This document shows, piece after piece, positions 9,507 to 16,878 of a stretch of DNA of 35,134 nucleotides (the stretch's first letter is position 1; each line of letters starts with the position of its first letter). The DNA is from Minisyncoccota bacterium (GTDB lineage: Bacteria > Patescibacteriota > Minisyncoccia > Phycocordibacterales > Phycocordibacteraceae). A model generated the notes under the pieces. It did not search any database and was not told the DNA's origin. It saw nothing but the letters and a program-made list of their open reading frames with translations. The position numbers and the translations under genes were made by a program. The stretch covers positions 1-35,134 of the forward strand of contig JBBABN010000005.1 in assembly GCA_041657665.1 (NCBI GenBank). The letters run 5' to 3'.

Positions 9507-9605
9507 AAGCGTATGGGCGCTGCCGCTGAGGGCTTTACTGATCCTGATGCAGCGCGTATTCTCGCTCGTGAGGTACTCGCCCTCGCCCTTACTCACGAAT
9601 CATGA
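9507..9605 (+). other. murG: In-frame continuation of murG after the TAG (33 codons, KRMGAAAEGFTDPDAARILAREVLALALTHES, then TGA)
   Basis: Same frame as murG with no stop until TGA 9603-9605. That TGA makes an ATGA overlap with the gltX ATG at 9602. The peptide resembles the usual MurG C-terminal helix. Confidence 0.6.
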
Positions 9606-10945
9606 GCACTGTCACTACACGCATCGCACCATCCCCAACGGGACAAATGCATATTGGAACCGTCCGATCGGCTCTCTTTAATTATTTATGGGCAAAACAT
9701 AACAAAGGAACTTTTCTCATTCGTATTGAGGATACTGACACAGAAAGAAATCGCTCAGAATGGACACAAATGATCTGGGATGTTTTTGAATGGTGCGGTC
9801 TCACTCCAGATAAAAAATATATCCAGTCAGAACATGCTTCACGACATCGAGAACTTCTTGAAAAACTTGTGCAAGAAGGGAAGGCGTATGTCTCTCGCGA
9901 ACCATCGAAAAATGATCCTAGTATAGAAGTTGCTGTTATTCGACTTAAAAATCCAGGGAAGACTGTAGTGTTTAACGATCTTATCCATGGAGATATTACT
10001 TTTGATACTACTGAACTTGGAGATTTTGTTATTGCACGATCTATTGAAGACCCTCTGTATCATTTTGCTGTCGTAGTGGATGATGCTGATGCTCAAGTGT
10101 CACATGTGATCCGCGGCGAAGATATTCTTTCCAGCACGCCGAGACAAATATTGATTCAAGAAGCGCTTGGTTTCTCACGCCCAATATATGCACACTTGCC
10201 ACTTATTCTATCAGCGGATCGAAAGAAACTTTCTAAACGTCATCATGTTGTATCACTTGCAGACTATCGCAATGAAGGAATCCTTCCTGAAGCAATGGTT
10301 AATTATCTCGCTCTACTTGGATGGAATCCTGGCACAGATGAGGAACACTTTTCACTAGAGCAATTGATCGAACGGTTTTCATTCGACGGAGTACAAAAAA
10401 GCGGTGCAATATTCGACCGAACGAAACTTCTCTCAGTCAATCAGCACTGGATGCGCAATCTCTCTGATGACGACTTCCTTGCGCATCTCGCGAGGTTCGA
10501 CCTCGCGAATTTCGCGAGGTCGAACCTCGCGAAAGCAGTACCACTTCTGAAAGAACGCACTCACACTTTTGCCGAGGCACGCGACATGCTTTCTAGCGAA
10601 CTTTCTTGCCTTTTCAGTGAGCCAACGCTTGACCGAAATCAGCTCTCTCTAAAGGAGCCAAAAGAGTGTCCGGGTATGACTAAAAACGCCCTAGAAAGCC
10701 TCCTAGAGCCCCTAAAAGCCCTCCCTGAAGGCGTATCTGCTGAGGCAGTAAAGGAAGTCATTATGCCTCTAGCGAACGAGGAGGAAGCGAGAGGGAAGGG
10801 AGGTCGAGGCGCTCTGCTCTGGCCTTTGCGCTATGCGCTTTCTGGCCAAGAACGCTCGCCTGACCCGTTTACCCTCGTTTCCATCTTGGGCGTAGAAGAA
10901 ACCATTTCGCGTATAAGGAAAGCAATTGCTATACTCGAAGGATGA
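9602..10945 (+). CDS. gltX: Glutamyl-tRNA synthetase
   Basis: HIGH region (SPTGQMHIGTVRSALFNY), KLSKR (KMSKS equivalent) and HFAVVVDD. TGA overlaps the next ATG. Confidence 0.95.
   Translation: MSTVTTRIAPSPTGQMHIGTVRSALFNYLWAKHNKGTFLIRIEDTDTERNRSEWTQMIWDVFEWCGLTPDKKYIQSEHASRHRELLEKLVQEGKAYVSREPSKNDPSIEVAVIRLKNPGKTVVFNDLIHGDITFDTTELGDFVIARSIEDPLYHFAVVVDDADAQVSHVIRGEDILSSTPRQILIQEALGFSRPIYAHLPLILSADRKKLSKRHHVVSLADYRNEGILPEAMVNYLALLGWNPGTDEEHFSLEQLIERFSFDGVQKSGAIFDRTKLLSVNQHWMRNLSDDDFLAHLARFDLANFARSNLAKAVPLLKERTHTFAEARDMLSSELSCLFSEPTLDRNQLSLKEPKECPGMTKNALESLLEPLKALPEGVSAEAVKEVIMPLANEEEARGKGGRGALLWPLRYALSGQERSPDPFTLVSILGVEETISRIRKAIAILEG
10488..10532. repeat. Perfect 45-bp palindrome (22-nt arms, 1-nt centre) inside gltX; each arm is itself a hairpin
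   Basis: TCGCGAGGTTCGACCTCGCGAA-T-TTCGCGAGGTCGAACCTCGCGA. I verified all 22 pairs base by base. It spans 15 codons (ARFDLANFARSNLAK). Confidence 0.95.
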
Positions 10946-12282
10946 CGCGCATCGGTTTTCTTTTCATTTTTTTTGTAGGTCTCACTGGGTTTATCCTCGG
11001 CACTCCATTTCCCGCATATGCTGACGCGGCATCGGACATTCAAACTCAGATCAATGCAAATAATAAACAACTTGACTCGTTAAAAGCAGATATTGCATCA
11101 TTTCAGAAACAACTTGATGCTATCGGTGCAAAAAAGAACACGCTTCAGTCAACGGTTAATACTCTGACCCTTTCTCAGAAACAACTCGCCACACAAATTC
11201 AAGCGACACAAAATAAAATTGCTTCGGCAAACCTTCAAATACAACAACTTTCTCTTTCTATTGGCGATAAAGAAACAGCAATTGAAGCGGATCAAAACGC
11301 GATTGCCAAAGCATTGCGCACTATCGCTGAAGATGAGAACGCACCACTGATTATCGGACTCATTTCTGCACGTTCATTAAATGACGCTTGGCAAACAGCT
11401 GATGAAGCACTCCAATTTAACCGCGCTCTTTCTGATGATATAAAAAATCTTCGCTCTGTGCGTGTCGTTCTCACAACCAATCGAGACCAAGTCGCTGCTG
11501 CGAAAGCAGACCTTGTATCACTCCAAAATGATCTGACCGTACAGAAGCGTTCAGTAGATGCCAGTAAAGCGGCGCAACAAAAATTACTTGCTGATACGAA
11601 TAATCAAGAATCAAATTATCAGAAGTTGATTGCGCAAAAAAAAGCAGCGGAGAAATCGTTTGAACAAGAGATCATCAATCTTCAAGACCAACTAAATCTG
11701 GTCGTACACCCAAATCTTTTGCCTAAAGTTGGTTCTGGCGTTCTCTCGTGGCCATTCTCTGGCACTTTTATGGCTAATTGTGCACAACGAAAAAGTGTCT
11801 TCGGAAATCCATTTTGTATCACTCAATATTTCGGCAACACCGCATTCGCCACTGCAAATTCTCAGATATACAACGGCAACGGACACAACGCTATTGATAT
11901 TGGTGTTCCTATCGGTACACCAATCGAAGCTGCACTCTCAGGCACAATACTCGGCACCGGTAATACTGACCTTATTAAAGGGTGCTATTCATTCGGCAAA
12001 TGGGTGATGATTAAACACAACAACGGTATCAGTACCCTCTATTCACACCTCTCTACTATCGATGTAGCCAAAGGACAGGCGGTAAGTACCGGACAAGTTA
12101 TCGGACTTTCTGGAATGACTGGCTACGCGACCGGACCGCACCTCCACTTCGGCGTCTACGCGACTGAAGGAACGGAGATTATGACCTTAAAACAGTTCCG
12201 CGGAGCAACTTCTGCCTGTGCGAATGCTACTATGCCAGTCGCTACACTTACCGCCTACCTCAATCCTCTTTCGTACCTCTAA
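10942..12282 (+). CDS. M23-family murein endopeptidase with long N-terminal coiled coil (EnvC-like architecture)
   Basis: Signal/TM segment, then a Q/L/A-rich coiled coil of ~230 aa. The C-terminal LytM domain has HNAIDIG (HxxxD) and GPHLHFGVY (HxH). Confidence 0.9.
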   Translation: MTRIGFLFIFFVGLTGFILGTPFPAYADAASDIQTQINANNKQLDSLKADIASFQKQLDAIGAKKNTLQSTVNTLTLSQKQLATQIQATQNKIASANLQIQQLSLSIGDKETAIEADQNAIAKALRTIAEDENAPLIIGLISARSLNDAWQTADEALQFNRALSDDIKNLRSVRVVLTTNRDQVAAAKADLVSLQNDLTVQKRSVDASKAAQQKLLADTNNQESNYQKLIAQKKAAEKSFEQEIINLQDQLNLVVHPNLLPKVGSGVLSWPFSGTFMANCAQRKSVFGNPFCITQYFGNTAFATANSQIYNGNGHNAIDIGVPIGTPIEAALSGTILGTGNTDLIKGCYSFGKWVMIKHNNGISTLYSHLSTIDVAKGQAVSTGQVIGLSGMTGYATGPHLHFGVYATEGTEIMTLKQFRGATSACANATMPVATLTAYLNPLSYL

Positions 12283-12325
12283 AATCTTTTATTAATAGGG
12301 AAGTGGTGTGTGATAAAATTACCCC

Positions 12326-12487
12326 ATGTTGAAACTCATCTTTTGGATCTTTGTGCTTATTCTCGCTTTGTCATTCTTCGGCATTTCAATTCAAGCAATT
12401 ATTAATTCACCGGCTGGACAAGAAAATATTCAATACGTCTTTAATCTTATTGTGCAAGCGTGGCAGTGGATTGTCGCAAAGATATAA
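12326..12487 (+). CDS. Possible small membrane protein (53 aa), below the ORF-track cutoff
   Basis: ATG 12326 to TAA 12485-12487: MLKLIFWIFVLILALSFFGISIQAIINSPAGQENIQYVFNLIVQAWQWIVAKI. It has a hydrophobic N-terminal helix. I see no clear SD and recognise no homology. Confidence 0.35.
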   Translation: MLKLIFWIFVLILALSFFGISIQAIINSPAGQENIQYVFNLIVQAWQWIVAKI

Positions 12488-12489
12488 AC

Positions 12490-12537
12490 GGCAACATTCT
12501 TGCGACTGTGCTTTTAACGGTTGCAAAATGTTGCCAA
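12490..12537. terminator. Hairpin between convergent genes (GGCAACATT...AATGTTGCC), weak bidirectional terminator candidate
   Basis: 9-bp outer stem plus a short inner TTGC/GCAA pairing. T-rich tracts follow on both strands, but not immediately. Confidence 0.3.
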
Positions 12538-12633
12538 TCTTTTACGACAGCAGCCCTTGCTGGTGTCGTAAAAGATATATTGTGCGACACTTAGCTTTCT
12601 CTAGAGCTCGGATAAACCAGCCCTACCCTTCAC

Positions 12634-13353
12634 CTAACAGGATATGTGCGCGACGATATACTCGTATGCCTCATCAACTGAATCAACGAGCGTATATAGT
12701 TTTAAATCTTTTTCATCAATAGCCGCATGTTTTTCGTAAAGCGTTTTTTCAATAAAAGAGAGGAGGGGCGTCCAGTATTCCCTTCCGAAGAGGATTATAG
12801 GCATCTTACGAATCTTCCCTGTTTGTACGAGCGTAATAATTTCAAAAAATTCGTTCAATGTTCCAAGACCGCCAGGAAAATATACATACACTTCAGAAGC
12901 ATAGGTGAGTATCACCTTTCGTACAAAGAAATGATCGAAGCTAAACTTCTCAGTGAGGTACGGATTGTAGTATTGCACATTGGGCAAATTGATATTAAAA
13001 CCAACTGAAATACCTCCGGCTTCAAATGCACCTTTATTAGCGGCTTGCATCACGCCGGCACTGCCACCAGTAATAACCGCAAAACCTCTTTTCGAAAGTC
13101 GCTTAGTGAGTGCTTCAGCATTTTTATATACTTTATCTTCAAATGAGGCGCGGGCGGTTCCGAAGATAGTCACTGCTAGACCATATTGTCGTATAATGTC
13201 AAAACCTTCAACGAATTCTGCCATAATCTTAAACACGCGCCACGATTCTATCTGTTTCGGTTTACAGATCAACATTGGACGATCTTCAGGCATCGTGCGT
13301 TGTCCTTCATGGACAACTTTTGCAAGACGCTCAGCAGTAAGATCATCATTCAT
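12634..13353 (-). CDS. LOG-family protein (TIGR00730-type cytokinin riboside 5'-monophosphate phosphoribohydrolase / 'lysine decarboxylase-like')
   Basis: GGSAGVMQAANKGA and PGGLGTLNEFFE motifs. I place the start at ATG 13353 (MNDDLTAE...). The track ORF extension to 13494 runs through a terminator hairpin. TAG stop. Confidence 0.85.
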   Translation of the reverse strand: MNDDLTAERLAKVVHEGQRTMPEDRPMLICKPKQIESWRVFKIMAEFVEGFDIIRQYGLAVTIFGTARASFEDKVYKNAEALTKRLSKRGFAVITGGSAGVMQAANKGAFEAGGISVGFNINLPNVQYYNPYLTEKFSFDHFFVRKVILTYASEVYVYFPGGLGTLNEFFEIITLVQTGKIRKMPIILFGREYWTPLLSFIEKTLYEKHAAIDEKDLKLYTLVDSVDEAYEYIVAHISC

Positions 13354-13369
13354 TATTTTTATTATATCA
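13354..13369 (-). promoter_or_regulatory. Extended -10 promoter for LOG, 7 nt upstream of the ATG (leaderless-type)
   Basis: The minus strand reads TGA-TATAAT (13369-13361), then AAAAATA, then ATG at 13353. It lies directly downstream of the 13375-13426 hairpin. Confidence 0.5.
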
Positions 13370-13374
13370 GAAAT

Positions 13375-13426
13375 AAAAACAAGGTTCGACCTTGGGAATT
13401 CGGATTTAAGGTCGAACCTTGTTTTT
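13375..13426. terminator. Bidirectional rho-independent terminator-like palindrome (19-bp arms, 14-nt spacer), sister of the gltX palindrome
   Basis: AAAAACAAGGTTCGACCTT-GGGAATTCGGATTT-AAGGTCGAACCTTGTTTTT. All 19 pairs verified, with A/T runs on both sides. It overlaps the stop codon of the 13425-13790 gene by 2 nt. Confidence 0.7.
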
Positions 13427-13790
13427 AAATGCCTTTGCAATTTGCAGCCGGAGTATAACCTGCCGCAGCAGCGGCCTCCGCAGAAGTAAACCAAATTTTA
13501 TTTGCTTCTGAAATACGACTCGCTGATGCACATGAGGACAAATAATATTTCGTGCCTGACTTTGATGCGACGATCTCTCCTCCTGGCGTTGTAGTAGCGA
13601 GAGATGGACTATTAAGAACAGCACCGCTTCCCTGCCCTGCCTGTTCAGATAATCCAGCATCAAATCCAGCAAGATATCCGAGTCCAAAACTCGAGGACGA
13701 GGCGAGTACAAGTACGGTAATGATAAGGATGTCTCTGGGTATTTTAGAAATGGTCGCTTTGCATTTTTCGCGTGCCTCTGCTATAGTCAT
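13425..13790 (-). CDS. Hypothetical membrane-anchored protein with a C-terminal Cys-containing domain (KYY..SC....I...N..WF.S...A..AGY.PA.NC)
   Basis: One TM helix (ILIITVLVLASSSSFGLGYL), a Gly/Ser linker and a ~45-aa C-terminal module. The module resembles the small Ada-like Cys motif domain common in small-genome bacteria. Function unknown. Confidence 0.65.
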   Translation of the reverse strand: MTIAEAREKCKATISKIPRDILIITVLVLASSSSFGLGYLAGFDAGLSEQAGQGSGAVLNSPSLATTTPGGEIVASKSGTKYYLSSCASASRISEANKIWFTSAEAAAAAGYTPAANCKGI

Positions 13791-13809
13791 ACGGTAAAAC
13801 TATACCACT

Positions 13810-14082
13810 ATGGCACATACAAAAGCAGGAGGATCAGTAAAGAACTTGCGCGATTCAAACCCGAAATATCTCGGGGTGAAGCTTGCTGACGGCTCTGCCG
13901 CCCGCCCGGGTATGGTTATCGTCCGCCAACGCGGTACGAAAATCGAAGCGGGTAAGAATGTCCGTGTCGGTCGTGACCACACTCTTTTCTCCATGACCAC
14001 CGGCACCGTCGCATTCCGCACCAAACGCAAAATAAGCTTCACCGGAAACATCTCTGCAAAAAAAGTTGTCGACGTTGTTTAA
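13810..14082 (+). CDS. rpmA: 50S ribosomal protein L27
   Basis: [24 protein letters not shown]..., no N-terminal propeptide. Confidence 0.95.
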   Translation: MAHTKAGGSVKNLRDSNPKYLGVKLADGSAARPGMVIVRQRGTKIEAGKNVRVGRDHTLFSMTTGTVAFRTKRKISFTGNISAKKVVDVV

Positions 14083-14097
14083 GTAGAGCCAACAAAC

Positions 14098-14152
14098 AGA
14101 AATAAAGAGGGTAAGACTTGGCCGAGCGGCCCGGAGCGCGCTCTTTATTTCT
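14098..14152. terminator. Hairpin between convergent rpmA and rplI (12-bp stem AGAAATAAAGAG/CTCTTTATTTCT, GC-rich 31-nt loop)
   Basis: Perfect 12-bp inverted repeat whose loop contains a GGCC..GGCC sub-hairpin. T-rich flanks on both strands. Confidence 0.4.
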
Positions 14153-14172
14153 ATTTGCTGGCGGAACGGTAA

Positions 14173-14613
14173 TTATTCCGCTTCAATCGTGATAGAAAAC
14201 TTTCCGAAAGTGTCGGCAGATGCGACAGGGATATCAAAAGTCCCAATTTCTTTTATCGGTTTCTCGAGTTTTATTACTCCTTCAGGAAGATCGATGTGCT
14301 CTTCTTCTGCTGCCTTTCTAATTTCCGGCCCCCCTACCGCGTCATAGAGATGACCTTTTTCATTTGCCTTCACTTTAATTACAATGTGCGCATCAGCAAG
14401 AGAAGCAATATTTTGCGTAAGCAATGCAGCATCGAGCTCGGTACGGTCCACGGTTTGTTTTCGACGTGTTTCGGCTTCCCTCTTTGCAACAGACGTAGCA
14501 GGAATAGCGAGTTTCTTTGGAATAAGGAAATTAAGCGCATATCCGTCAGACGCTTCAATTTCCTCGTGAGCACGCCCTATATTCTTCACGTCTTTAATCA
14601 ATATAACTTTCAT
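14173..14613 (-). CDS. rplI: 50S ribosomal protein L9
   Basis: MKVILIKDVKNIGRAHEEIEASDGYALNFLIPKKLA is the typical L9 N-domain. Confidence 0.95.
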   Translation of the reverse strand: MKVILIKDVKNIGRAHEEIEASDGYALNFLIPKKLAIPATSVAKREAETRRKQTVDRTELDAALLTQNIASLADAHIVIKVKANEKGHLYDAVGGPEIRKAAEEEHIDLPEGVIKLEKPIKEIGTFDIPVASADTFGKFSITIEAE

Positions 14614-14632
14614 ATATAGCTACTGTACTCCT

Positions 14633-15886
14633 TTACTTTCCCGTAGTCAAAAATTCGATGGCGCGTGCCATTTGTGGGTCTTTTTTAGCGGCAGCGTCTT
14701 CATGAGTAAACGGCACGATAATATCGGGAGTGACACCATTACCCATAATCCAGTGACCAGCAGGAGTGACCCAACGTGCGACCGTCACCTTAAGTGATCC
14801 GCCTCCGAGATCCATAAGTGTTTGTACCGAACCTTTGCCGAACGATTTTGTGCCAATCAAAGTTGCAACTTTCGTATCCTGCAAAGCACCGGCAAATATT
14901 TCAGAGGCCGAAGCGGAACCGCCATCAATAAGCACGACGATCTTTGTCCCAGCAGGAGTATCGTTATAACCTAGACTGTTGTGCGGTTGGCCTGAATCTT
15001 TTCCACCGAAATCCTCAGTAACGACGACTGCTCCTTTGGGAATAAAATGACTCGCAATAGCGACTGCCGCATCGAGATACCCGCCCGGATTACCGCGCAA
15101 ATCGATCACGAGTTTCTTCGATCCAGAATCTTTGAAGCGTGTGAAGGCTTGATTAAAAAGAGATGCGGAACTTGAGGTAAATTCATACAACGCGATGTGA
15201 TAGACACCACTCGCAACATCCAGACCATCTTCAGTTTCTGGCACTTGAATCGTGTCACGAACAATTTTTATGTTCATTGATTTCTTCGCACGAATAATAT
15301 CCAGACTGACAGTCGTTCCGACAGGACCGCGAATCTTTTGTACAGCAACATCCACAGCAAGGCCGTCAGTCGGTTTTCCATCAATAGCAACAATCTGGTC
15401 GCCTGCTTCAATTCCAGCAGCTTCAGCCGGAGTTCCCTTCAAGGGAGCAACGACCGTTAATACCGAATCTTTTATATCAATTTCCATACCAACACCCGCA
15501 AAACTTCCCGAAATAGCTTCTGAAAATGCTTTTGCTTCTTTCGGAGGGAAGAAAACGGTATACGGATCGTTATAAGAATCAGCAAGACCGGTAATGGCAC
15601 CCAGAAGTCGATCTCTTACTGAAGGGATTGTCGAAGACGCGTGTGTGACGACATAATGAGAATCGAGTTCATTCCATGCCTTCCAAAAATCAGTAAGGTC
15701 AACATTTGGGTCTGGCGTCGCATCAAGACCGTCACCAATAAGCGGAATATGATTAATAACTGCGGCGGTAGAGCCGCCATTTCCCATAAAGAGTCCCCCA
15801 CCAAATGCAACAGCCGCAACAAGTGCGAACGAAACGCCGCGTACAGCGACGTCGTATGGACGTTTATATTTTTCTAAAATCTCCAT
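14633..15886 (-). CDS. Carboxy-terminal processing protease (peptidase S41) with PDZ domain
   Basis: TM anchor, PDZ (GIEAGDQIVAIDG), RGNPGGYLDAAV and the catalytic-Ser region GGSASASEIFAGAL. Start chosen at ATG 15886 (MEILEKYKRPY), because an extended -10 sits just upstream. Confidence 0.88.
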   Translation of the reverse strand: MEILEKYKRPYDVAVRGVSFALVAAVAFGGGLFMGNGGSTAAVINHIPLIGDGLDATPDPNVDLTDFWKAWNELDSHYVVTHASSTIPSVRDRLLGAITGLADSYNDPYTVFFPPKEAKAFSEAISGSFAGVGMEIDIKDSVLTVVAPLKGTPAEAAGIEAGDQIVAIDGKPTDGLAVDVAVQKIRGPVGTTVSLDIIRAKKSMNIKIVRDTIQVPETEDGLDVASGVYHIALYEFTSSSASLFNQAFTRFKDSGSKKLVIDLRGNPGGYLDAAVAIASHFIPKGAVVVTEDFGGKDSGQPHNSLGYNDTPAGTKIVVLIDGGSASASEIFAGALQDTKVATLIGTKSFGKGSVQTLMDLGGGSLKVTVARWVTPAGHWIMGNGVTPDIIVPFTHEDAAAKKDPQMARAIEFLTTGK

Positions 15887-15941
15887 TGTGCAGAGTATAC
15901 CATGCCCCATCATTCACGTGAGCGTATGGTATTCTAGAATC
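15887..15941. promoter_or_regulatory. Divergent promoter spacer with two extended -10 boxes close to both start codons
   Basis: Plus strand: TGG-TATTCT (15927-15935), N6, ATG 15942. Minus strand: TGG-TATACT (15902-15894), N7, ATG 15886. Confidence 0.45.
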
Positions 15942-16862
15942 ATGATATTTCGATACGATTATCGAGACGGTGTATGGATCGATCTGGAACAACCGACCAA
16001 CGAAGAAATTCGACAAATTGCAGAAGATTTTGCGATTAGTGAACTTATTCAAAAAGAGTTGTTCTCCCCTACCCCTTCACCACTCGTTATCGATGGTGGA
16101 ACAAGCGCGCTTCTCGTCCTTCATTTCCCAGCACAAGGCGCTGAGACCGGCGAAACCAGAAACCAAGAAGTTGATTTTGTCGTAGGAAGCAATTTCATCA
16201 TAACCATACGGTATGAGATCGTAGAACCGCTTCACCATCTGAAAAAACTTTTTGAGACACGAGACCTCACCACAAGACATGAATCTATTACCACTGACAT
16301 ATTGATTGAGATTCTCTTCGTTCATATGTATGCTGCGGTACACAATCATGCCAGACATCTCTCCGATCGTCTTGAACGTATCGAAAAAGATATGTTCAAT
16401 GGACACGAACGTGCAACCGTTCGAGATATCTCAAATGTGAGCCGGGCGTTCCTCCATCTCGAGGCGCTACTCGCTAATCAGGAAGAACCGCTCAGCCGCT
16501 TCTTAGGAGCACAAACCGTGTGCGATTTATTTGACAGTTCCTTCGCAGAACACGCTGAACATATTCTCGCAGAACGCACCCAAGCAATGCATCTTGTTAA
16601 AACGCATCGCGCCGTCGCAACCGAGATGCGCGAAACAAATAAGGCACTTCTCGAGGCACGCCAGAATGAAATTATGAAAACACTCACGGTCATCACCTTC
16701 ATCTTTGTCCCTCTTCAACTTATTACCTTTGTATTTGGTATGGGAGTTCTAGGAACACCGCTCCAACAAGAACCAAATGCGTTTTGGATTATTACCGGAA
16801 GTATGTTTGCGCTCGGTATGCTTCTGACCCTTTTCCTTGCGAAAAAACGCTGGATTTTTTAA
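15942..16862 (+). CDS. corA: CorA-like divalent cation transporter, with GMG in place of the GMN signature
   Basis: Cytoplasmic alpha/beta plus coiled-coil domain and two C-terminal TM helices. The loop reads ITFVFGMGVLGTPL where CorA normally has YGMNF. Confidence 0.8.
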   Translation: MIFRYDYRDGVWIDLEQPTNEEIRQIAEDFAISELIQKELFSPTPSPLVIDGGTSALLVLHFPAQGAETGETRNQEVDFVVGSNFIITIRYEIVEPLHHLKKLFETRDLTTRHESITTDILIEILFVHMYAAVHNHARHLSDRLERIEKDMFNGHERATVRDISNVSRAFLHLEALLANQEEPLSRFLGAQTVCDLFDSSFAEHAEHILAERTQAMHLVKTHRAVATEMRETNKALLEARQNEIMKTLTVITFIFVPLQLITFVFGMGVLGTPLQQEPNAFWIITGSMFALGMLLTLFLAKKRWIF

Positions 16863-16878
16863 CGTACTCGACAGCATT

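Noticed and set aside
12544-12571. Hairpin TACGACAGCAGC-CCTT-GCTGGTGTCGTA downstream of LOG as a terminator.
   Set aside because: It has one mismatch and no T-run on either strand directly after the stem. The neighbouring 12490-12537 hairpin is the (still weak) better candidate.
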